Source of the DNA: Candidatus Marinacidobacterales bacterium
GTDB lineage: Bacteria; Acidobacteriota; Vicinamibacteria; Marinacidobacterales; DATDRI01
Length of the DNA: 64,000 nt
Assembly: GCA_965219415.1 (NCBI GenBank)
Contig: OZ244742.1
Span: 1,024,001 to 1,088,000, forward strand
Reading direction: 5' to 3'
A model generated the notes under the pieces. The model was not told the origin of the DNA. It saw nothing but the letters and a program-made list of their open reading frames with translations, and did no database searches. The position numbers were made by a program, and so were the translations under genes. Positions within the stretch are counted from its first letter, which is position 1. Every line of letters begins with the position of its first letter. Shown in pieces: positions 43,452 to 54,238 of the stretch.

Positions 43452-44330
43452 TCATTGGGCTCTTTCTGGAACATGTGCGCGTCTCTCCGCCGGTGGAGTC
43501 GTCGACTCACTCATGACCATCGTCTCGCCCGCCGCCTCTCGTTGTTGGAGCTCCCAGATCTTCGCGTACTTGCTAAAGTCGTAGAAGGCGGCAATCGCTG
43601 CCACGATGAGACCCTTCTTGCCATCGAATAATCCCAGACGGACGATGAGATCTCGAAACAGCACCGCGGGCACAATGAACAGGAGCCGCCAGAAATTCAC
43701 ACGGCGACCGGCCTGGAAACGCACGCGGGCGATGATGTTCGAGTACTCGTCGTCCTTGCGAACGCGATCGGTGATGGATTCGGTGGTGTAGTGATGCAGG
43801 GCTCCTTTTAGACGTCCCACCGGTCCATCGATGATGGCCCGCTCGTGGACCACATCTTCCGACACTCGACCTCGCCCGTTCTGAAAGAGGCGCGGAATGT
43901 GAGCAGGCCGCGACCTACCGAACCTCAGGCGTACCCCGCAAAAATAGTTGACTCGTTCCACGGTGTATCCGGACGTTTCTCCAAGAGTCCTTGTCACCCG
44001 CTGGATTTCGCCCGCCAGCACCGGATCCACCACTTCATCGGCGTCGAGTAGAAGGATCCAAACCCCGTTGGCGTGAGCAAGCGCGAGGTTCTTTTGGTAG
44101 CCGAAGCCCTTCCACTCGGGCCGTAGAAGGACGGTGGCACCTAGCCGCGTCGCGAGCTGGCGCGTGTAATCGGTCGAGCCCGAATCTACGACTAGGATCT
44201 CATCGGCCCAGGACACCGCGGTGAGGGTTCGTTCGAGAAGGGCGGCGGCATTGTGGGTGATCAGAACGACGCTCAGCGTCGGACGGGACGAAGGTGGGCC
44301 GTTCTCCTTCGAAAAAACCGCAGCAGACAT
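43452..44330 (-). CDS. GT2 glycosyltransferase (KdtX/LgtF-like)
   Basis: VVDSGSTD, GFGYQKN, LDADE. Confidence 0.9.
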   Translation of the reverse strand: MSAAVFSKENGPPSSRPTLSVVLITHNAAALLERTLTAVSWADEILVVDSGSTDYTRQLATRLGATVLLRPEWKGFGYQKNLALAHANGVWILLLDADEVVDPVLAGEIQRVTRTLGETSGYTVERVNYFCGVRLRFGRSRPAHIPRLFQNGRGRVSEDVVHERAIIDGPVGRLKGALHHYTTESITDRVRKDDEYSNIIARVRFQAGRRVNFWRLLFIVPAVLFRDLIVRLGLFDGKKGLIVAAIAAFYDFSKYAKIWELQQREAAGETMVMSESTTPPAERRAHVPERAQ

Positions 44331-44385
44331 GGAGCCATGATGGTAGGTCTAAGACAGGAACGGAAGCAAATGCGCCAGACGCCCC

Positions 44386-44823
44386 TCAGAGAGAGCTCAG
44401 TTGGCGGACCTTCCTCGTGACCCATTCCTCGCTCGAGAAGATGCGCGGTGCTACCTCGATGACACGTGGCAGGAGAGCGAAAACCGACGGCTGGGTCCAT
44501 TCGGCACCACGCCGCGCCTTGAGACCTCGCCGATTCAGCTCGTCCGCCACTTCGGACATGGTTTTGTCCTCGACGATCATCTCCAACACGAGCAGAAGGG
44601 TCCCCGTTTCAGCTGGATCTTCTTCCAGGTGGAGGCAATCTTTAGAGACTTTGAGACCGAAGGGTATCTCTTCCTTAACGCGGCCGGTCTCTTCCTCGCC
44701 TACTCGAGCCTCACGTTCCCACTCGACCGCGACGAGCCTCCAACCTTCGGCTGCTTTTTCTCTCACGTACTCCGGACTCGGAAGTCCGGCGGCCACCTCT
44801 CGTAAACGCTCCAGTTTGCCCAT
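44386..44823 (-). CDS. Stand-alone recombinase-domain-like protein
   Basis: IPFG...VADELNRRGLKARRGAEWTQPSV resembles the DNA-binding domain of large serine recombinases; no catalytic domain. Confidence 0.6.
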   Translation of the reverse strand: MGKLERLREVAAGLPSPEYVREKAAEGWRLVAVEWEREARVGEEETGRVKEEIPFGLKVSKDCLHLEEDPAETGTLLLVLEMIVEDKTMSEVADELNRRGLKARRGAEWTQPSVFALLPRVIEVAPRIFSSEEWVTRKVRQLSSL

Positions 44824-45022
44824 CAAAACCTCCTCATCACTTACCGGTACGGTCTGCGGAAGAGCAAACCTTGTGCCACGCAACTCCTTCCATTTTCAGC
44901 AAAATAGCCCATCAACCTGCGAGGAGTCGTCCGCCGGTGGGATTTGCATGCGTCGAAAGCGGACACTCAGTTCCTACCCACGACAGTTGGGTTTATACTC
45001 CGACCGGAGGCAGAGAAAGACC

Positions 45023-45253
45023 ATGGCTAGGCGAGAGAAGGAAACCCAAGAGCTGAACGACAAACTATCGGAGCATATGAAAATCATCTTGAAGTGCACA
45101 GCGCCGTCCGAGAAATACGGCCGGCTCTTGCTGGCGTCTCCTCCGGACACCCGCTACCCGTATGTCTACCCACGCGACACGAGTTGCGCCGTGCAACTCT
45201 TCCGCCGACTCGTCGGCTCGCCCGCCGGGTACGATGCCGCCGATCCTCCTTGA
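45023..45253 (+). pseudogene. N-terminus of a GH15/glucoamylase-like protein
   Basis: RBS GGAGG; LASPPDTRYPYVYPRD (GH15 YxYxWxRD-like). Confidence 0.6.
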
Positions 45254-45791
45254 GGATCGGCTTGTGGAATTCTTTCGCGAAATCCTCACCCGGATCCCAC
45301 TCTTTTTCCATGAACCACTCGAATCGTTTGCAAGTGGAGAGATGCTCTGGGATCTCTCCCTTATCGTTCCGGTAACGATCGATCGTGCTCGAGAGCTCGT
45401 CTCCCCGTTTCTTGTTGCCGCTCCAGAAATGGTACTGCGCAAGCACCGCCGTATATTGGAGCCAGGGTCCGTTTCCAGCGTGCACATGGACCGCGAAGTC
45501 GTCGTAGAAGGGGAGATATCGCATGATCATTCCGAACTCGGGATCAGTCAGCTGTTTTTCCAGGTAATTCACGCTCGTTTTCCATCTCATCCTTATAGTG
45601 TAAGAACCCGAAGTAAACGGGCTGAGGATGGTGAAATCGGGCCGTAGATCCATTGTCCCCTCCGGCCTGATACGACGGACATAGCGGTCGCCGGTCATGA
45701 ACAGCTCGCTGACAGAGTGGAAGAACTGTTTGCGGAAGTTTAAGTACGCGGGCGAGATCGCCTTCTTCTCGTCGTACAAAGTGGCGAGCTC
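45250..45791 (-). pseudogene. Inverted internal part of a GH15-like gene
   Basis: RYLPFYDD..GNGPWLQYT, GEIPEH (alpha/alpha-barrel glycosidase C-terminal motifs). Confidence 0.55.
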
Positions 45792-46400
45792 CCACCGGGA
45801 AACCCGGCCTTGGACGCGGGCGACACCATCTATCTGAGCGTTGCCGATGACCAAGGCAACATGGTGTCTCTCATCCAGAGCAATTATCGAGGAATGGGAT
45901 CCGGCCTCTCCCCCGATGGACTGGGGTTCATTTTTCAGGACCGCGGGGAGCTCTTCAACCTGGAGGAAGGACACTACAACTCCTACGCACCGCGCAAGCG
46001 CCCCTTTCACACGATCATCCCCGCGTTCATCACTAAAGACGGTCAGCCCTTCATGAGCTTCGGCGTGATGGGAGGAGACGTCCAACCCCAAGGGCATGCG
46101 CAGATCGTCGTCAATATCGTGGACTTCGACATGAATATCCAGGAAGCTGGTGACGCGCCGAGAATCCGTCATTACGGTTCCTCTCAACCCACCGGGGAAA
46201 AGATGAAGGATGGCGGCTCGCTTGCTTTGGAAAGCGGCGTCGAAGCCGAGGTCCTTCGCGACCTCGTTCAGATGGGCCACCGGATCGAACAAAGACCTGG
46301 CGGGTTCGGCGGTTACCAGGGGATTCGATTCGATAGCGAGAACAAGGTCTACTACGGGGCTTCGGAATCGCGGAAGGACGGTCACGCCGCCGGCTACTAA
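45786..46400 (+). pseudogene. ggt: Gamma-glutamyltranspeptidase, small-subunit portion only
   Basis: GD|TIYLSVAD, SLIQSNY, KRPFHTIIP, GVMGG..QPQGH, SESRKDG; large subunit absent. Confidence 0.85.
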
Positions 46401-46432
46401 TGGTGCCTTTCCTCCTTTTTTCCCTCTCCCTT

Positions 46433-46497
46433 CCGCCTTCGCTCATAGCTTCGGCGGACCCGCCGAAGTCCTTGGAACAGAAGCGGACGGAGGCGGG
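46433..46497. repeat. Second palindromic mini-element, nested in a CCCTCTCCC/GGGAGAGG hairpin
   Basis: CCGCCTTCGCTCATAGCTTCGGCGGACCCGCCGAAG...CGGAGGCGGG. Confidence 0.65.
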
Positions 46498-46522
46498 CTG
46501 GGAGAGGTGAGGGAGACTGTAG

Positions 46523-49153
46523 ATGACACCCTTCTACGGACTCGACGCCAAGCCCAACCTCGCCACGACGCTCCTCTGCGGACTCCAGCACGTGCTGGCC
46601 ATGTTCGTGGGTATCGTCACTCCGCCCCTGATCATCGCCGGAGAAGTGGGCCTGCTTCGTTTCAGTGGACACCTAACGAACGGAGAGGTATATGGGTGTT
46701 CAGATGGCAGAGAAAAAGAAACGTCGGCAGTTCACGAAGGAATTTCGAGCAGAGGCAGTGCAGCTGGTTCGGGAGAGCGGCAAGGCAGTGAGCGTGGTAG
46801 CCCGGGATATCGATGTGACGGAGACGTCGCTTTATGCCTGGGTGAGGCAGGACAGGATCGACCGTGGTGAAGGCGGTCCCGGAACCCTGACGAGCGAGGA
46901 ACTCGAAGAACTGCGTGGCTTCCGAAAGGAAGTTCGGGAGCTTCGGATGGAGCGTGACTTTCTAAAAAAAACGGCGGCGTACTTCGCGAGCGTGAAGAAA
47001 TGAAGTTCGCAGCGATTCGGATCCAAAGCGAGGAGTTCCACGTTTCGTGGATGTGCCGGCTGCTCCAGGTTTCTCGGAGCGGCTACTATGCGTGGCTGAG
47101 GCGGAAGCCCAGCCGCCGTGAACGAGATGACCTGCGCCTGTCCGTAAAAATCGTTGCGTTCTTCCGAGCCAACCGCGGAGTTTACGGAAGTCCTCGTGTT
47201 GTGGACGAGCTCCGTGCGGATGGTGAGTCTGTTGGGCGTCGGCGCGTTGCTCGCATCATGAGAGAGAAAGGCCTGTGCGCGCGCCTGCCGAGACGTTCTC
47301 GGAAGACGACGGATTCGTCGCACTCGCGCCCCGTAGCTCGAGACCTCGTGCAGCGCCAGTTCTTGCCGAAGACCCCCAACGAAGTCTGGGCTGCGGACAT
47401 CACCTACATCCGAACGTGGGAAGGCTGGTTGTATTTGGCCGTGGTCATGGACCTATTTTCGAGGCGCGTGATCGGTTGGGCGGTGGCGAATCATCTTCGC
47501 CGCAGAGCTCGCTGTCTCGGCGCTTCAGATGGCGGTGCGTCACCGACGACCACCGCGTGGGATGGTTCATCATTCGGACCGTGGCGTGCAGTACGCGAGC
47601 AGAGACTACCGCGCGTTCTTGCGACGCCACGGAATCGAGTGCAGCATGAGTCGAAAGGGCGACTGCTGGGACAATGCCGTCGTCGAGAGTTTCTTCGGCA
47701 CGCTGAAAACCGAATCTCTCTACCGACTCGTTCTGCCGACTCGAGCGCAGGCGCGATGGGCTACCGCCGACTACATCACCAATTTCTACAACCCGAGGCG
47801 ACGGCACTCAACGCTCCGGAACGTCAGTCCCATCGAGTTCGAACTTAGACTCTTGGAAGCAAACCGGTTTGCATAGTCAACTTGTCCACCAAACCGGAGC
47901 AAGCTCAGAGCGCTCGAACTAAGCCTAGCGGAGACTACGTTTTTCGTTAGTATGGCGCTCTTCACCTCTGGCGTCACGACGCTCATTCAAGTCAAAAGGC
48001 TCGGCCCGCTCGGGTCAGGTCTATTGAGCGTACAAGGCACGAGCTTCACCTTCGTACCCCTCGCGATCCAGTCAGGACAAGCCGGAGGGCTTCCGCTAAT
48101 TCTAGGCTGACCCTGGCAGCGTCTCCCGTCGAGATGGTCTTGAGCCGATTCATCGGCTTGGCGCGCCGACTCTTCCCCCCCGTCGTCTCCGGCTCGGTGG
48201 TGATGCTCATTGGATTGAGTCTGATCGCAGTAGGCATCACCGATCTCGCCGGCGGCGTCGGCGCTCCCGACGTCGGCAGCGCCGCAAATTTGGCCCTCGG
48301 AGGCTTCGTCGCGGCGACGATACTGTTGCTACACCGATTCGGCGGCGGTTTCGCAAAAACGAGCTCGATCGCTATCGGACTGGTGGCGGGATATCTGGTC
48401 GCGATCCTGCTGGGGCAAGTGGATCTGGCGGCGGCGGAAACCGCTAGCTGGACGCTGCTGCCCGTGCCCTTTCAGTTCGGCCTTGCTTTCGATCCCGTCT
48501 ACTTGTTTCCGTGGATCATCGGTTACTTCGTGACGACCATCGAGTCGATCGGCGATCTCTCCGCCACCTCGGCGGTTTCGCGTGAGCCCGTTCAAGGCCC
48601 GACCTTCATTCGAAGGCTGGAGGGAGGAATACTGGCCGACGGCTTCGGAAGCCTCCTCGCCGGCGTCTTCAACTCCATGCCCAACACCACGTTCTCACAG
48701 AACAACGGCGTCATCGGTTTGACCGGGGTCGCGGCCCGTCGAGTAGGCTTTGCGGTGGCCGGGATCTTGATTTCCCTCGGGCTCTTCCCTAAACTGGCGG
48801 CCCTAGTCGGCTTGATGCCGAGACCGGTGTTGGGCGGCGCAACCATCGTGCTCTTCGCCGCGGTGACGCTCGCCGGCCTGAGAATCGTCGGCGCCAGTGG
48901 CTGGACGAGGCGGAACGAGCTCATCCTCGCCATTACACTTTCGCTCGGCTTAGGAGTCAGTATGGTGCCCGAATGGGTCGGGAACTTGGATCAGTCTATC
49001 GACCACCCAGTGGTGGCGGTGCTCCTTTCATCCATTAAGGTCGTGCTGGAATCCGGCCTCGCGGTTGGCGCCATTACTGCTACACTGATGAACCTAATGC
49101 TTCCTTTGACACCAAGAGACATCAAGCGCTCGGCAACGAATGAGTCCAACTAG
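46523..49153 (+). pseudogene. NCS2 xanthine/uracil permease interrupted by IS3
   Basis: GLQHVLAMF before the IS; resumes ALELSLAE...VQGTSFTF; FSQNNGVI signature. Confidence 0.9.
46647..47907 (+). mobile_element. IS3-family element (different from the 26.6/28.2 kb pair)
   Basis: IRs TGGGCCTGCTTCGTTTCAGTGGACA / TGAGCTTGCTCCGGTTTGGTGGACA; orfA ending 47003 with an A-run slippery site; DDE orfB; GAG duplication. Confidence 0.95.
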
Positions 49154-50483
49154 AACCGCCGGTCCTTTATTCCTTCTCGCCGCCCTTCTCGTTGGCGGAT
49201 GCGCGAACACAGATCCAGAACCAACCGTTGCACCAGTCGACAAAGTCCTTCTGATTTCCATCGACACCCTGCGGCCCGACTTCTTGGGCTCCTACAACCC
49301 GGAGCTCGATACAAGTCCCAACATCGATCGGTTCGCTTCCGAAAGCACGATCTTCACCGACGTGCTCGCCCAAGCGTCCTCCACCGCTCGGTCCCACAAA
49401 TCCATTTTGTACTCGCTTTATCCGAGCGTCCACAAAACGAGTAAATCGACGGTCCCAGAAGAAACGTTGGTCTCACCGCTAGAGACTCTGCAGCGGGTCG
49501 GATTCACTACCACGGGAATCGTGGGTGGTGGACAATTGAAGGCCGAGTTCGGTTTCTCGAAAGGCTTTGACGAGTACATCGAGCTTCCTCCCATCACTCG
49601 GGCCAATCAAATCAAAGCGTTCGAAAAGGAATCGTTTCGTTGGCTCGGCGAGCACCGCGACGATAAATTCTTCCTTTTCCTACATACCTACGAGCCGCAC
49701 TGCCCTTATTCTCCGCCCCAAGAGTACGCGGCCAAACGTGCCGGGTGGTACGAAGGCGACGTCGACCCGGGCAAATGTGGGGCGCGATACTACAACAAGG
49801 TTTTGATGGGAGACGAGGACTATCAATTCGTGCGCGATCTCTATGCGGCTGAGGTCGAGTACGTCGACGCCGCTGTAGGAAGGCTATTCGACGAGCTGAA
49901 GCGGCTCGGGCTCTACGATGAGATGATGATCATCTTCACGTCGGATCATGGAGAGAGCCTCGGAGAGCGTCGCTACGTAGGCCACAATCGACCGTACAAG
50001 GTGCAGCTTCGAGTACCTCTCATTATCAAGCTACCCGGTGTGGCTCCCTCGAGAGCCACCGCCCCGTTGGAGTCCATCGATGTGATGCCCACCGTTTTCG
50101 CAGCGGTTGGCTTGGAACCCACTTATGGTTTCCAGGGGGTGAACCTTATCCCGCTGATGAAGGGCGAGGGTCAGATGGATGAAGAGCGCGTTCGGATCGC
50201 CACCCACCCCAATTTGGTGTCACTCAACCGCGGCCCTTGGCACCTGATCTACAGTCCCAACGCCAAGCGTGTCGAGCTCTACAATCTGAGTGTCGATCCC
50301 GATGAGCTCAAGAACGTTGCCGAAGCGAACAGGCACATCGCGCGAGAACTTCGAGATTACTACGATGAGATGAATCGTCAAAGCCGCGAGCTCGCAGCCC
50401 AATTCACGCTCCGCGAGGGTGGGGCGCCTGTTCTTGACGAAAAGGCTCGCGATGAGCTGAAGGCGCTGGGATATATTCAGTAA
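49140..50483 (+). CDS. Sulfatase-family lipoprotein (Ser-type)
   Basis: Lipobox VGGC, IDTLRPD, SSTARSH, HTYEPH, TSDHGE. Confidence 0.88.
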   Translation: MSPTRTAGPLFLLAALLVGGCANTDPEPTVAPVDKVLLISIDTLRPDFLGSYNPELDTSPNIDRFASESTIFTDVLAQASSTARSHKSILYSLYPSVHKTSKSTVPEETLVSPLETLQRVGFTTTGIVGGGQLKAEFGFSKGFDEYIELPPITRANQIKAFEKESFRWLGEHRDDKFFLFLHTYEPHCPYSPPQEYAAKRAGWYEGDVDPGKCGARYYNKVLMGDEDYQFVRDLYAAEVEYVDAAVGRLFDELKRLGLYDEMMIIFTSDHGESLGERRYVGHNRPYKVQLRVPLIIKLPGVAPSRATAPLESIDVMPTVFAAVGLEPTYGFQGVNLIPLMKGEGQMDEERVRIATHPNLVSLNRGPWHLIYSPNAKRVELYNLSVDPDELKNVAEANRHIARELRDYYDEMNRQSRELAAQFTLREGGAPVLDEKARDELKALGYIQ

Positions 50484-50487
50484 CGCG

Positions 50488-51438
50488 TTAATCCCTGAAG
50501 ATACCCTTCGGCATATGCATGCTCACCAAGACGTGCGGCACGTCGACCACTTCGGATATCTTGAGGTCCCCTGCCAGAGAACAAAGCATGTAGGCCTCTT
50601 GCCGTGATAAACCGCGCTCTTCCACCAGGTATTCGATCATATAGAGCGTAGCCTTCTTCGCAGCCTCGTCGAGGTCTTCCGCGTATGCGGTCACCGCGTA
50701 GTAGTCGTCGGTCTCGTACTGAGGCTCCGTTAGAGACCGCCCACCTTTGATCACGTCCAGTTGGAGGACGATTCGCATCGGGGCCTCGATACCCGTACCG
50801 CAAACCTCTCCGTCCCCCTGTGCAGCGTGGGTGTCGCCGATGGAAAAGAGAGCCCCCTTTACGAGCACCGGAAAATACACTGTCGTGCCCACGACCAAAT
50901 GTTTGTTGTCCATGTTTCCGCCGTTAGCCCGGGGCGGAATCGTCGAAAGCATCTCTTCAGTTGTCGGAGCGACTCCCATTACGCCGGCAAAGGGACGAAT
51001 CGGTAACGAGATATCGTCGGTGAAAGCGACTTCGGTCGCGCCTTTCTCGATGCGAAAGGTCTTTAGGTAGGGGTCGGGGAAATCGTCGGCCAGGAACCCG
51101 AACCCTGGCGACATCGCGCTCCAGGCCCAATCACCGACCTCAATCTCGTGAAGTGTCACGGCGAGCACGTCCCCGGGCTCGGCCGCCAAGACGGAAATGG
51201 GTCCGGTCAAGGGATGAATGGGATCGAAGTCGAGCTTCGAAATATCTTCGACCACCGAGTCTGCCGTGAATTGACCATCCGTCGCCTCCTTGGTCTGAAC
51301 CTCGATGACAGATCCAGAAGGCACCTCCAGCACCGGCGGGATGAGGCCGCTGAAGCGATTGTGAGTCTTGTCGGTTCCTAGAAAATACTGCGGCTCTACA
51401 CGAGTCGCCGACGCCTCCTCACCGGAGTCCACAGGCAT
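50488..51438 (-). CDS. Acetamidase/formamidase family protein (likely lipoprotein; true start further upstream)
   Basis: HPLTGPI, GGNMD, GDTHAAQGDGEVCG. Confidence 0.9.
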   Translation of the reverse strand: MPVDSGEEASATRVEPQYFLGTDKTHNRFSGLIPPVLEVPSGSVIEVQTKEATDGQFTADSVVEDISKLDFDPIHPLTGPISVLAAEPGDVLAVTLHEIEVGDWAWSAMSPGFGFLADDFPDPYLKTFRIEKGATEVAFTDDISLPIRPFAGVMGVAPTTEEMLSTIPPRANGGNMDNKHLVVGTTVYFPVLVKGALFSIGDTHAAQGDGEVCGTGIEAPMRIVLQLDVIKGGRSLTEPQYETDDYYAVTAYAEDLDEAAKKATLYMIEYLVEERGLSRQEAYMLCSLAGDLKISEVVDVPHVLVSMHMPKGIFRD

Positions 51439-51690
51439 CGAGCTCGTGCAGGCGGTAAAAGACAGAAGAAAGAGTAAGACACTTATGACGCCAAGAATCT
51501 ATATAGAAGTTATAATTTTCTCATTATTCATGACCTAGCCTCCCGATCTTGAGAAGCACTATTGCCGTCCAGCAGGGCTGGTAAGCGGGAGGGATAATAC
51601 GTGAGGCGGGCGGTGGGGTCAACAAAAAGCTCAGACTAGAAGCCGATGCCGGGATTCGTCTAGAATGACGTCGCGGAGGAGGGCCTGTCG

Positions 51691-52415
51691 ATGATGAAGC
51701 GTTCAGGGTTACTGCTCTTGACGATGTTAGGCGGCCTGCCATTGCTATCCTGTTCCGGCTTTTGGCCGACGGCTGAACCGGAGGTCCCAGCCGGGAAGCG
51801 GTTCCAAGAGCTCGAGAGGAGACTGCTCCAGGCTGAAACGATTCATATAGAAGGCGGTGCCGGCTCGACGGGAACCGTTGAATCCGCCTTCGAAGGCACA
51901 GTTAGCCTGGCGAGCGGGAATCGTGCTCGTATCCAGTTCGCTGGCCAGTTCGCATCAAACAACGTTCTCGTCGCTCTCGTTTCCGACGGAACCAAGATGT
52001 GGGCCGGGAACGGATCGGACTCGATCGAAGAAGAAGCGCCCGCTGCTTTGAACGAAGGAATTATTGTCGGGCTGACTCGAATGGGCATCCTTTCATAACC
52101 TGGCTGTTCTTAGTGGTGCCTCGGCCCCCGAGGGAACCGACGGCAACGTCCACAAATGGCTCAGCGTAACGAACTTTGCTTGGGCTGGCGAGGAAACGAT
52201 CGACGGAGTCATCACCGAGACGATGACGTTCGACATCAGTGTTGGCGGAGAGCCTTCCGCGAAGGCCAGATTGTGGCTCAACAATGGAAACAGGATTTCC
52301 CGTTCAACGTCAGCAGGTGGTCCAGTTTCCGGATGGAGAGATGACGGCAGTCGAAGTCTACGAAGCCTTCGAGATCGACGCTCCAGTCGAGTCCGGGGAG
52401 TTCATGGTTCCCTGA
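51691..52415 (+). CDS. Hypothetical lipoprotein, frameshifted
   Basis: Lipobox LLSC; coding frame continues after 52093 in another frame. Confidence 0.55.
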
Positions 52416-52474
52416 GTTCCTGGACGATGAGCGAGCTCCGAAACGGCTAGACTCATACTAAAAACGAGGTAAAG

Positions 52475-52750
52475 ATGCATTACATACTCTTCTACGATTA
52501 CGTCGACGATATTCTCGACCGCCGAGGTCCGTTCCGAGAAGGGCACTTGGGCATGGCCAAGGAGTCTCATGCGCGGGGGGACCTCGTGTACGGTGGGGCG
52601 CTCGCCGATCCCGTCGATCAAGCGGTGATCGTTTTCAAGGTCGACGACCCCAAGAAGATCGAAGAGTTCGTCGCCGCCGACCCCTACGTGAAAAACGGGC
52701 TGGTCAAGGAATGGCGGATTCGACCGTGGAACGTGGTCATCGGCACGTAA
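52475..52750 (+). CDS. YciI-like protein
   Basis: RGPFREGH, DPYVKNGLV..W.IRPW. Confidence 0.9.
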   Translation: MHYILFYDYVDDILDRRGPFREGHLGMAKESHARGDLVYGGALADPVDQAVIVFKVDDPKKIEEFVAADPYVKNGLVKEWRIRPWNVVIGT

Positions 52751-52855
52751 GGGTCTGCTAGGGTCTCTGGAAAGACGGAGGCGATCCGGAGAATCTTGAT
52801 CGGAAGGGCCGGGTTGGCTAACCTGAGACGCCGTGCGAGCGCGGCATCTATTTCT

Positions 52856-54238
52856 GGGTTTACGCGGATTCGTGTGGGTAAGTTCTGACGGAAAAACAGT
52901 GTAACTCATTGTGTGGAAAAGGTATCGAGTACTTCATCAGGTGCTGAAAAGTGGTCCATTTTTAGGATAAGCTAACCGAGTGAAAAATTCCCAGTCGATC
53001 CGCTCGCTGTTTGCGCTGCCAGGTTTCGTGGTTGGTGCCGGATTGAAGGGTCTATTCGGTGACCGATACGCCCGCGTCATCCAGCTCAAGAGGCGAAAAA
53101 AACAGCTGTGTGCTCTTACTGTGGGCAACGGTGCCGGGGGCGCTATGACACAAGTGTGCCGGGTCCGCGACCTGTCGTTGGCAGGCTGGCGGATCTATCT
53201 GGAATACGAGCGTCGGCGCGTCAACTGTTCTGGGTGCGGCGGTGTGCATGTAGAACACCTAGACTGGCTGGCGAACAACTCGCGCTACACCCAGCGTTTT
53301 GCGGCGCATGTGGGCAAACTGTGCCGGGATATGCCGAACAAGGCGGTGGCCGAGATGGAACGTCTGCACCACGGTACGGTGAAGGCTCTGGATACGCTCT
53401 ACATGCAAGAGCAGGTCGACCGGGCGGGGCTACCGGCGCCTCGGGCCATCGGTGTCGATGAGATCTCCATCCGCAAGGGACATAACTATCGCGTCATTGT
53501 CAGCGACCTGGAGCGGGCGCGTCCCATCTGGGTGGGCGGTGAGGGTCGCAAAGAAACCGACATCGATTTGTTCTTCAAGGCGCTGGGCGGAAAGAAAAGG
53601 CGCCCGTATCAAGCTGGCCGCCATGGATATGTGGAAGCCCTTCCGGAACTCGGTGATTCACAACGCGCCTAATGCGCGGATCATCTTCGACAAGTTTCAT
53701 ATCATGCGTCATCTGTCAAAGGCCCTCGATGAGGTCCGGCGCGGTGAGTACAAACGCCTCAGCGGCAAGGACCGGTCGTACATCAAGGGGCAGCGTTACA
53801 CTTTGCTTTCCCGGCGGGAGAACCTGAGCCTAGACGGTCGCCGCGCACTCAAAAAGTTGCTCCAGGCCAACCGGCGCCTGAACACCGCCTATATTTTGAA
53901 GGAGGCCTTCGGGCAACTCTGGGATTACCGCACCGAACGCGGCGCTCGCGCCTTTTTCACCCGTTGGAAAGACAGCCTCAAATGGCAACGCCTGCATCCG
54001 TACCAGAAGTTCGCCGGTATGATTGAGTCCCATTGGGATGGTATCGCCTCCTACTGTCATCCGGAGAACAAAGTCAGTCTCGGCCTAGTTGAAGGGGTCA
54101 ACAACAAAATCCGTGTTCTGCAACGACGCGCCCACGGCTATCGCGACGAGGAATATCTCAAGCTGAAGATCGTGGCGGCTTTCCTTCCGCTATTACCCAG
54201 AAATGCAGTTTTCAACCCACACGAATCCGCGTAGACCC
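52856..54238 (+). mobile_element. ISL3-family element (transposase frameshifted) with 8 bp TSD CTATTTCT
   Basis: IRs GGGTTTACGCGGATTCGTGTGGGT / ACCCACACGAATCCGCGTAGACCC; IGVDE, MDMW, FDKFH, EGVNNKI. Confidence 0.95.

Noticed and set aside
45084-46385. 433 aa minus-strand ORF as one gene
   Set aside because: Chimera of ggt antisense, the inverted GH15-like fragment and antisense of the GH15 N-terminus
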